DNA of 64,000 bases from Takakia lepidozioides. Lineage: Eukaryota > Plantae > Bryophyta. The stretch covers positions 11,656,001 to 11,720,000 of the forward strand of contig CM060732.1 of the NCBI GenBank assembly GCA_030704615.1. The letters are read 5' to 3'. The first letter of the stretch is position 1; each line of letters opens with the position of its first letter. Of this stretch, positions 51,215 through 62,509 are shown in pieces. Under the pieces are notes generated by a model that saw only the letters and a program-made list of their open reading frames with translations, ran no database searches and was not told the DNA's origin. The position numbers and the translations under genes are program-made.

Positions 51215-52739
51215 CGGTAACAGTCCACAATGACGGTGTTCAAAAGTCCATAGCGGAGTCATTTCTTATCGGATTCATGATTGGAGAGTTGCTATGGGTG
51301 CGTATTGAAACTAGGAATCCAATGACATATATAGTTGCTGGTTTTAATGAGTTAATTCAATTTCAATTGATGACACCATCAATTGCAGTCATCTAAAACT
51401 GTACTGGTAACGTCCATTTTGGTCCAGTCAACCCTGCATTCACACGCAAACCTATATTGGCTTCCATTTTTTATTTTAATGCTTGAGTTAGTTATAGTAA
51501 TATTGATTGATCTCCATCTGTTGCAATAATTAACCATACACACACTAATACTCTATCATTAATTCAGAGCAAACGTAGATAAGTGGAAGGGATGATGAAG
51601 GTGAACAATAACCGAGGTTGCACGAAGAGGGTTGCATTAATTATGTTTTGTTTTGATATCTGTGGTTTCCACTAGGAAAACCTTCACCTAAAACAAATAC
51701 TGAAATTTGCCTACCTTATTGGAATTCCTAAAGGTTGATACAATGTTTTATATGACTGAGAGAGAGAAAGGGGGGGAGGGTTGTGTGTAGGTTTACTTTA
51801 AGTTTTGCTTCTCTTGCTAAAAAAGAAAGTGCAATATTTTATCGTTGGCTATAGGCGCTGAAATCCCACAACATAGTATCCCACTATATTGCATAAAATA
51901 AATGTGGTGGTGATCCTATGATACAATCTGTACAATAAAGACAACAGAAAAGAAGATATGAAAAAAACACATTATCTCGCTAGAGCCAGAGATTGTTTCA
52001 TCCCCTCAATTGTGTAGTCCACAATCTGAGACTATTTCAAAACCAGCCAAGTATTCAGTCGGACATCGAACATAATGATATCATTGGCACCATCTAGATA
52101 CATAAAAACTCTAGATACTCCTCCATCGACCTTGTTATCAAATGTGCCTAACGTAAGATTTAGTTAGTTTCGAATTAATGTTGGAAAAACAAAACGAGAC
52201 TTGGGAGGATAGTCACGTTTGAAATGGAGTAAATTCCGACTTTAGTTGTTTCACACTGCCAACAACATTTCGCGAACAATACCCAACACATAAAAAATGC
52301 AATGTTTTTCTCTTTCTTTCTTAAACTGGTATGGTCTTAGATGAGCTTCTACTGGATGTTTTAATCTTCCTTCATCCCTTCCATCTCCTTAAATCCATGA
52401 CCGTGCACCACAAATATAGCATATCTAGCCCAGGGTGGATTTTTAAATATGCTAAATATTAGGATCGATCCCATATGAAGTCATCTTACACATAGCATTT
52501 TTCCTATTAGGTAGGTGTCTTTGGTGGGGCCCACAGTCAAATACCCACCCTATGGACATTTTTATATAATTCTAGCGACGACCGAAGGTGGGGAGAGCTA
52601 GTTTAGCGTAGAGCAGGAATAGGGTGCCGTAGTGCCACATCGTGGGTACAGACAGATGTAATCCAGCAAAATGTTCATGGTCATATTTATGGAAGGGTAC
52701 AGAGGTTAGAATGCTGGCTAGCTGCGAAGTGAAGAAGTA

Positions 52740-55700
52740 CAAACGTGATGTGGTCGGGCTTCACCCCTTCCCCCATCATTTGCTCATAGGTCTCCAAAGC
52801 CTCCATCCCGCGCCCTTGCTGTGCATACCCTACAATCATCGCACTCCACGGTCACACCAAATCTCATTCAGCCATACTGTCAAACACTCCCTCCGCATCC
52901 TCGATGCACCCACATTTTGCATAGTGTTGAGAACTCCCTTCATATCCTTGGCATGAATCCACTTTGGATAATGTGTGTGTTCACCTGCTTTCCAGTTTCC
53001 AGAGCTTTCATCTTGATGCACTTAAGCAAGAGACAGACAAACGTATCTGAATCTGCTGAAATGCCTCCCATATTTGGTATACATGTCCACGAGGGTAGAG
53101 TTCAGAATGACATGTGGTACAATCCCAGCTTTCGTGATGCAACCATGCACCTCTTCGCCCTTTTCCAGGGCTGCCAGGCTTGCACATGCACAGACGTGAT
53201 GTGGTTGGGCACCACATCTTGTTCAGCCCTAGTGTCGAAAACTCCCTTCGCATCCTCCGCGTGAATCCACTTTGGATAATGTGAGTGTGCACCTGCTTTG
53301 CAGCTTCCAGACCTTTCATCTTGATACACTTAAGCAAGAGACAGACAGACGTATCTGAATCTGCTGAAATGCCTCCCACATTTGGCATACATGTCCACGA
53401 GGGAAGAGTTCAGAATGACATCTGGTACAATTCCAGATTTGACAATGTCACCATGGACCTCTTTGCCCTTTTCCAGGGCTGCCAGACTTGCACAAGCATT
53501 GCAATCACACACAAACATGATGTGGTTAGGCTTCACCCCTTCCCCCATCATTTGATCATAGGTCTCCAAAGCCACCAACCCACATCCTTGTTGTGCATAC
53601 CCTGCAAGCATTGCATGCCACAACACCACATCTTGTTCAGCCATAGTGTCGAAAACTCCCTTCGCATCCTTGCACTTTGGATAATGTGAATGTGCACCTG
53701 CTTTCCAGCTTCCAGACCTTTTCATCTTGATGCACTTAAGCAAGAGACAGACAAACGTATCTGAATATGATGAAATGCCTCCCACATTTGGCAGACATGT
53801 CCACTAGGGTATTGTTCAGAATGACATCTGGTACAATTCCAGCTTTCGCGATGCAACCATGGACCTCTTTGCCCTTTTCCAGGGCTGCCAGGCTTGCACA
53901 TGCATTGCAATCACACACAAACGTGATGTGTTTGGGCTTCACCCCTTCCCCCATCATTTGATCATAGGTCTCCAAAGCCACCATCCCACGTCCCTGCTGT
54001 GCATACCCTGCAAGCATCGCGTGCCACGACACAACATCTTGTTCAGCCACAGTGTTGAAAACTCCCTTTGCATCTGGTACAATTGCAGCTTTCGCGATGC
54101 AACCATGGACCTCTTTGCCCTTTTCCAGGGCTGCCAGGCTTGCACACGCATTGCAAATGCATACAAACGTGATGTGGTTGGCCTTCACCCCTTCCCACAT
54201 CATTTGATCATAGGTCTCCGAGGCCACCATCCCACGTCCCTGCTGTGCATACCCTGCAAGCATCGCGTGCCACGACACCACATCTTGTTCAGCCATAGCG
54301 TTGAAAACTCCCTTCGCATCCTCAATGCACCCACATTTGGCATACATGTCCACCAGAGCAGTGTTCAGAATGCTTTGACGATGTCACCATGGACCTCTTT
54401 TCCCCTTTTCCAGAGCTCCCAGGCTTGCACACGGTTGGGCTTCACCCCTTCGTGTAGCATTTGCTCATAGGTCTCCAAAGCATTCCTACCACACCCATGC
54501 TTGGTAAATCCTGCCGACATTATATTCCACGTGATCAAAGATCGATCATTGAGGCATTCGGTTGAACACTTGGTGAGCATCCATGATGCTCCCGCACTTA
54601 ACACATACATGTTGACAAGGGTGTTAAGGAGAAAAACACTTGGCGTGAATCCACTTTGGATAATGTGAGTGTGCACCTGCTTTCCAGCTTCCAGACCTTT
54701 CATCTTGATACACTTAAGCAAGAGACAATGCGTGTGCAAGCCTGGCAGCCCTGGAAAAGGGCAAAGAGGTCCATGGTGACATCGTCAAAGCTGGAATTGT
54801 ACACTGCCCTGGTGGACATGTATGCCAAATGTGGGTGCATTGAGGATGCGAAGGGCGTGTTCGACAATATGGCTGAACGAAATGTGGTGTCGTGGAACGC
54901 GATGATCGCAGGATATGCCCAGCATGGTTGTCATAGGGAGGTCCTGCAACTATTTGAAGGAATAAAGAAGAATGGCTTGAAGCCAGACAGTCTCACCTTT
55001 ATATGTGTTCTCTCTGCATGTAGCCACACTGGCCTACTGAATGAAGGAAATCAAGATCATGGTGTCACTCCAACAGTAAAGCACTTTGGCTGTATGGTGG
55101 ACCGTCTTGGACAACTGGATGAGGCAGTGGATCTGATTAATAAGATGCCAATCAATCTAGATGTTGTGGTGTGGAAGGCCTTGCTTGGTGCTTGCAGAAT
55201 CCATGGCAATGTGGAGATGGCTGAACGTGCGGCGACATCTATCCTCAAATGGGATGAACAGGATGCCGCGACTTATGTGTTGCTATGCTGGCAGGTGGGA
55301 TGATACTGCAAAGGTGAGAAGAATGCTGAAGGTCAGAGGGGTTAGAAAGGAGCCAAGTCGCTGCTGCATTGAGGTTGGCAACAGGGTGCACACCTTCGCT
55401 GTAGATGACAAGTTGCACACATGTTTTGTATTGCATGATGTAGGGGAGGAGGAAAAGGAATTTTGTCTTTGCCACCACAGTGAGAAGCTGGCCATTGGTT
55501 TTGGGCTGATCAGCACGACCCCTAGGACGCCTCTCCGTCTCATCAAGAATCTTCGAGTGTGTGGTGACTGCCACACCTTCACCAAATTCATCTCAAAGAT
55601 TGTTGGTCGAGCAATTGTTGTATGCTACGCTAACCGCTTTCACCACTTTGAAGATGGGATTTGTTCTTGTGGTGATTACTGGTGAAAGGATGTTTTCTTG

Positions 55701-58700
55701 GCAAGATGCAAGTGTCTTGCTTCATTCATTGATCTATGTAGCTACTCAGACCATCCACCATTTCCTGAGAGTCTTGACCATCATGTACTGCCAGAGAGGG
55801 CTGGAGGATCAGATGAGGGTTTGACAGATTCAACATCATGGATGCTCACCAAGTGTTCAACAGAATGCCTCAACATCTTTGATCACGTGGAATATAATGT
55901 TGGCAGGATTTACCAAGCATGTGTGTGGTAGGAATGCTTTGGAGACCTATGAGCAAATGTTGCGCGAAGGGTGAAGCCCAGCCACATCACATTTGTTTGT
56001 GTTGCAATGCGTGTGCAAGCCTGGGAGCTCTGGAAAAGGGGAAAGAGGTCCATGGTGACATCGTCAAAGTTGGAATTGTACCAGATGTCATTCTGAACAC
56101 TACCTTGGTGGACATGTATGCCAAATGTGGGTGCATTAAGGATGCAAAGGGAGTTTTCAAGGATTTACCAAGCATGGGTGTGGTAGGAATGCTTTGGAGA
56201 CCTATGAGCAAATGCTGCAAAGGGGTGAAGCCCAACCACATCACATTTGTTTGTGTTTGCAATGCGTGTGCAATCCTGGGAGCTCTGGAAAAGCGGAGAG
56301 AGGTCCATGGTGACATCACCAAAGCTGGAATTGTACCAGATGTGATTCTGAACAATACCCTCGTGGACATGTATGCCAAATGTGGGAGCATTGAGGATGT
56401 GGAGGGAGTGTTCAACACTATGGCTGAACAAGATGTGGCACGGGTTGGAGTGGACACGTCGTCACGTGTAGCACAGGCTGTTTCTGTGGAGCGACGGACT
56501 GAATAGCACATCAAGTGTTTGACAAGATGGCTGAACGAGATGTGGTCTCACGGAGCACAATAATTGCAGGATATGCACAGCACGGGAGTGGCAGGGAGGT
56601 GTTTGAGATATATGAGCAAATGATTCAAAAAGGTGTGACACCCAACAAGGTCACATTTATTTGCTTCTCACCGCATGTGCCAACTTGGTGGCCCTGCAAA
56701 AAGGCAAAGAGGTTTATGCTGACATTATCAAAGCTGGAATTGCACGAGATATCATTCTGGAGACAACCCTCCTTGACATGTATGCCAGATGCAGGATATT
56801 GAAGGATGTCCGTGAAGTGTTTGACAAAATGGACAAAATGGACATCACGTTTGTGTGATTGCAATGCTTGTGCAAGTCTAGCAGCCCTGGAAAAGGGCAA
56901 AGAGGTGATCAAATGATGGGGGAAGGGGTGAAGTCCAACCACATCACGTTTGTGTGTGCATTTGCAATGCATGTGCAAGCCTGGCAGCACTGGAAAAGGG
57001 CAAAGAGGTGCATGGTGACATCGCGAAAGCTGGAATTGTACCAGATGTCATTTGAACAATACCCTCGTGGACATGTATGCCAATTATGTGGGAGGCATTT
57101 CAGCAGATTCAGATACATTTGTCTGTCTCTTGCTTAAGTGCATCAAGATAAAAGGTCTGGAAGCTGGAAAGCAGGTGCACACTCACATTATCCAAAGTGG
57201 ATTCATGCCAAGGATGTGAAGGGAGTTTTCAACACTATGGCTGAACAAGATGTGGTGTCGTGGCACGCTATGCTTGCAGGGTATGCACAGCAGGGACGTG
57301 GGTTGGTGGCTTTGGAAACCTATGATCAATTGATGGGGGAAGGGGTGAAGCCCAACCACATCACACTGAGGAGGCCAGTGAGGGCTTATTGAAGGCTGAG
57401 CTTTCTTTATTCCGACGCTTTCCCGTTGACAATGAGGAGAAACGTTTGTTTGTGATTCCAATGCTTGTGCAAGCCTGACAGCCCTGGAAAAGGGTAAAGA
57501 GGTCCTTGGTGACATTGTCAAAGCTGGGATTGTACCAGATGTCATTCTGAACTCTGCCCTGGTGGACGCTATGCTTGCAGGGTATGCACAACAGGGACAT
57601 GGGTTGGTGGCTTTGGAAACCTATGATCAATTGATGGGGGAAGGGGTGAAGCCCAACCACATCATGTTTGTTTGTGATTCCAATGCTTGTACAAGCCTGA
57701 CAGCCCTGGAAAAGGGTAAAGAGGTCCATGGTGACATTGTCAAAGCTGGGATTGTACCAGATGTCATTCTGAACTCTGCCCTGGTGGACATGTATGCCAA
57801 ATGTGGGTGCATTGAGGATGCAAAGCAAGGAACTTATGTGTACTCTGCGAAGGGGGGAAGCCCAACCACATCACCCTAGTTTGTGTTTGCAATGCGTGTG
57901 CAAGCTTGGGAGCCCTCAAAAAGGGGAAAGAGGTCCATGGTGACATCGTCAAAGCTGGAATTGTATCCGATGTTATTCTGAACAATGCCCTCGTGGACAT
58001 GTATGCCAAATGTGGGAGCATTGAGGATGCGAAGGCAGTGTTCAACTCTATCGTTGAATGAAATGTGGTGTCGTGGAATGCGATGCTTGTAGGGTATGCA
58101 CAGCAGGTGCGTGGGATGGAGGCTTTGGAGACCTATGAGCAAATGATGGGGGAAGGGGTGAAGCCCGACCATATCACGTCTGTGTGTTTGCAAGCCTGAC
58201 AGCCCTGGAAATGAGCGAAGGGGTGCATGGTTGCATCGTAAAAGCAGGAGTTGGTGAGAAGAATGATGAAGGTCAGAGGGGTTAGAAAGGAGCCAGGTCG
58301 CTGCTGCATTGAGATTTGCAACAGGGTGCGCACACCTTCGCTGTAGATGACAGGTTGCATCCCAGAATTAAGGAAATCCATGCTGAGCTGAGAAGATTGT
58401 CTGGGCAGATGAAAGGAGGCGGGGTGACACGTGCTTTGTATTTCATGATGTGGGGAAGGAGGAAAATGAATTTTCTCTTTGCCACCACAGTGAGAAGTTG
58501 GCCATTGGTTTTGGGCTGATCAGGTTTGTGTGCGTTTGCAGTGCGTGTGCAAGCCTGGCAGCCCTGGAGAAGGGCAAAGAGGTGCATGGTTGCATTGCCA
58601 AAGCTGTAATTGTACCAGATGTGATTCTGAACAATACCCTCATGGACATGGATGCCAAATGTGGGAGCATTGAGGATGCGGAGGGAGTGTTCATGCTTGC

Positions 58701-59690
58701 AGGATATGCCAGCAGGGGCGCAGGATGGAGGCCTTGGAGACCTATGAACAAATGATGGGGGAAAAGGTGAAGTGCAACCACATCATGTTAGTGTGCGTTG
58801 TCAATGCTTGTGCAAGCCTGGCAGCCTTGGAAAAGGGAAAAGTGTGGGTCCAGATTCAGCAGCAGCGACACAATTCATAAAATCAGGCACTGCTAATGAA
58901 GGCACCTTCTTCAAAACATTTCACCTTGTTTTCCCCTTTTATCATAATCGTCCTTAAATTTTCATGTTGATTTCGGCAAGTTACTTGTTGAGTGAACCTT
59001 TAATAGTTTGCAATGCGTGTGCAAGCCTGGCAGCTCTGGAGAAGGGCAAAGAGGTCCATGGCAACATTGTCAGAGCTGCAATTGTACCACATGTCATTCT
59101 GAACAATACCCTCGTGGACATGTATGAAGGGAACAGTATGGCTGAACGAGATGTGGTGTCGTGGAACTCGATGCTTGCAGGGTATGCACAGCAGGGGCAC
59201 TGGATGGAGGCTTTGGCACCAGATGTTGTGCTTGGCACACTATGTAAGCCCAGTAAGACCAGGGAGTAGTTGAGCAGCTCAGTCTCAACCCTTTCCTAGT
59301 GCCAACAAACTTTGATGTGGATTCACGCCAAGAAAGGTCTGGAAGCTGGAAAGCAGATGCACACTCACAAGCATCGCAGGGTATGCATAGCAGGGATGTG
59401 GGATGGTGGATTTGGAGACCTATGATCAAATTATGGGGGAAGGGGTGAAGCCCAACCACATCATGTTTTTGTGTGATTGCAATGCTTGTGCAAGCCTGGC
59501 AGCCCTGGAAAAGGTCAAAAGAGGTCTATGGTGACATTGTCAAAGCTGGAATTGTACCAGATGTCATTCTGAACTCTGCCCTGGTGGACATGTATGCCCA
59601 ATGTGGGTGCATTGAGGATGCAAAGCAAGGAACTTATGTGTACTCTGTTTATGTACTGGGTGTGGTAGGGAGGCTTTGGAGATTGTGAAT
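52740..59690. pseudogene. Scrambled cluster of PLS-PPR/E-DYW gene fragments on both strands
   Basis: Dozens of near-identical pieces ([10 protein letters not shown], DVILNxxLVDMYAKCG, DVVSWHAMLAGYAQQG) with frameshifts. Minus strand 52740-54726, plus strand from ~54727. Confidence 0.92.
54727..55685 (+). pseudogene. PPR P2-L2-S2-E-DYW 3' half with frameshift and internal deletions
   Basis: [27 protein letters not shown]...CGDCH...CSCGDYW. There is a frameshift near 55285 and the HP...ELxRL segment is deleted. A second partial DYW lies at ~58255-58520. Confidence 0.9.
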
Positions 59691-60459
59691 GGGTGATGCC
59701 TGGTAGGTGAACCTCATGTGTATTCTGATGCCTGTGCCAGTCTTTGAGCACTGAAAAAGTGCAGATGGATCTGTATGTATTTGTAAGCCTATACGTTCTG
59801 ATGTGAGGTTCTCTAGTTTTATGACAGGAACAAAACAATTGTGAGCAGGAAGTGAAGGGCCATCTCCTATTGGAATTCCTCAATCAGCATAGCTGGGCCT
59901 AAATCAAACATCAATGGACTAGGCCTTTCGTCTTCACTTACGAACATTGTTATTTCTTCACGGTCTGAAAGGACGTTCCACATGGTGCTGTGGAAGTTTG
60001 TACTGTAGGGCAGACGCTTCCATGTGTTCCCCACCTTTAGGGCATGATGGTCATTGGACATAAAACTGTCGTATATTACGTTTGTCATGTCTTGGTGGGT
60101 TATTTCCTGGATTTGTTGGTCCGTTACTGTGTCTATTGTGTCGGCTATTTCCAACATTGACATGGTTGTTTGTATGTATGGTGCAGAGAGAGAGAGAGAG
60201 AGAGGCAGGGGCAGATTAATGTATATATCGGTGGGTTTTTTAGGAGAATTAAACCCTAACAGTGCGACTTTAAAATTAATCACGCTAATCTATAGAACGG
60301 TGGCTTTCTCTCTCAGACCGAGGTTGATGCTACACCGCTTCGCTGGGAAGTTAGGTGCAAAGTGCGATGTAACAGTATGTTATATTCCTCTGCTTCACCT
60401 GTACCTAGAAGCATCATTAGATTAGGGACCCTCTCACAATTGGTTATTTTTTTAGCAGT

Positions 60460-60967
60460 TGCAAAATTCCCCTACCTTGGCAAAACCGGGAATTACAGAT
60501 TCGTGACTTTCGCCGAAGAACTAAAATTCACAATATTAATGTTAATGTAATTCACAATTCACAACCTGCTTCACAATATTGATAGAAGACAACCATTTCT
60601 TGTTCGACTACAAAAATACAATACAGAATGGTTCGATAATTGGAGGAGGAGAGGCGAGGACATGGCGCGGATGGGTGGAAACAACATGAGCTTCACGAAA
60701 AAGCTCCTAAAAACGAACACAAACAACTCTGGCTCGACATCCGGTAACAACAAACGTCAAAAAACAAACAACGACGAGATGTACAATACAATAGAAGTCC
60801 TTAACGAAAATGGCCAAAAAATGGATGGAGAATCCGTACGTTCAGGGGATCTCATTGCAGTCAAGTGTAACATCCGATATTGGATGAATTTTTGTCACAA
60901 GAAACACGGGCTTTCATTCCAACTAAAAGGGGTCAATTTGTTGGCCAAAGCACGAGAAGAGACATAG
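60460..60967 (+). pseudogene. Candidate gp2.5/DUF2815-type OB-fold single-stranded DNA-binding protein relic (virus-like)
   Basis: C-terminal pattern IEVLNENGQKMDGESVRSGDLIAVKCNIRYW...KHGLSFQLKGVNLL resembles phage/NCLDV SSB beta-strands, and upstream VAKFPYL resembles their N-terminus. Pattern recognition only. Confidence 0.4.
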
Positions 60968-62425
60968 TCGAATGACGAGTGGAGCAAAAGCATAGCTTGG
61001 TAGAGCTTAAATTAGACACATCTAAACGTTCCACGTAAGGGCCACCATATTTTATAAAGACCGTCCTCCTTCTCCTCTTCAAAAAGTTTATATTTTGTCC
61101 CAATGCATGCTCACAACAGGTAATAAAAAAATACTGATTTATCATAGCCCAAATCTACTTGTTGTACCAAGACGACCCATGGAAAACCCCTCCAACTCCC
61201 CCCCCACCAATCGGAACTGCGTGACCGACATTTTGGTAGGATGCATGATCCGTACTCTCTCTCATGATCCTCGAGTAATATGGCATAAAAACGGTGGTAG
61301 TGTAGTTTGATAGCTGGATGCATCTACTAATAGTGCCATGGTGTGGGGTTCTAACCCGTGTTGAGCAAATATACGATTTACATGGATATAACTGTCGGGT
61401 ATATCCGGTTACCCATATATATCTGCACATGTAGGTTTGGTTTACCCTTATCCGGACCCTCATCAAGGGTATATTGTATGGCCCCGGACTTGGACCTGGA
61501 TGAAGGGTACACCACCAGCATTTATGCAATCCATAGGGCGGGTAACGGAATTCGGGTAATAGGGCTTGCTGACCTATGTTCTTGTGCAACGCTACTCCAT
61601 TCCCTTGCTCATTAAATTGTACCTCAAGGACATATCACAAATCCAAAGCACTATGGAGGTACTAGTGTGGCTTCATTGCATTGCACATGTACTAGCGGTT
61701 TTTCTTGGAAATTTGGAAAATAGCACAAGAAATTTACGACATAATATTCCGAATCCATATATTCTGTTCATCCATTGAAATTTGGATAGAATCATCCCCT
61801 ATGTACTTTCATCCATTGATATCATCCATATTTGGTGATTCGTCCATTATTATTATTTTACTTGGAGAAGTTTGGCAATTTCATCCATGAAAAAACAAGG
61901 AATTTACTACATAATATTCCATCTTATTTTTGAGGTCAAAATTTGGCGGTTATGGTGTGCAAAGCGTGCCAAGAATTCATCGTTAAGCATGCCGTTTAAG
62001 GAGAAATTTCTCTTGTAGTATTCCCCGCTAAAAGAATGGGTGACATGTATCTATATTTTGTTTTTATATTGCTTGGAATTGAAACTTAGTTTTCAAGCAT
62101 TTTGAAATATACTCAATTTTAATATCTTGTGGTTAAAATCTGATTGGTTTATTATATTGGTTATGTTGCCAATGAAATCTTTACAGAAATTGCCATTTAC
62201 TCTACCGTCCCTGATCCTACCTAAAGCTGTATTTATCCGGCAGGTATACCAAATTATGATCCGGACCGTTAAATAACCTTACCCTCAAGTTATATTTTGA
62301 TAGTACCCGTTATACCTGACCCGGTGTGTTCTACAAATGTGCATTACCTGGCTTACCTTCCATTTGAAGAATAATAATACCCTGACCTGGCGCCCGCTCT
62401 CGTTCCAACTCCCATTCCAGCCCTC

Positions 62426-62509
62426 CTGTTCCTGCTCCTTGCTCCCCTCTTCCCCTCTATAATATATATATAATCTTATGGGAGGAGGGGAGCAAGGGAT
62501 CAGGAACAG
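62426..62509. repeat. Imperfect inverted repeat (~29-bp arms, AT-rich loop)
   Basis: CTGTTCCTGCTCCTTGCTCCCCTCTTCCC pairs with GGGAGGAGGGGAGCAAGGGATCAGGAACAG. Confidence 0.75.

Larger units (their letters stand above)
39892..51438. mobile_element. Non-autonomous TIR element (MITE-like, ~0.72 kb without the insert) into which the Gypsy element inserted
   Basis: 22-bp inverted repeats TGCAGGGTTGAGTGGACCAAAA (39892-39913) and TTTTGGTCCAGTCAACCCTGCA (51417-51438) with 1 mismatch. The interior is AT-rich and non-coding. Superfamily is unresolved. Confidence 0.65.
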
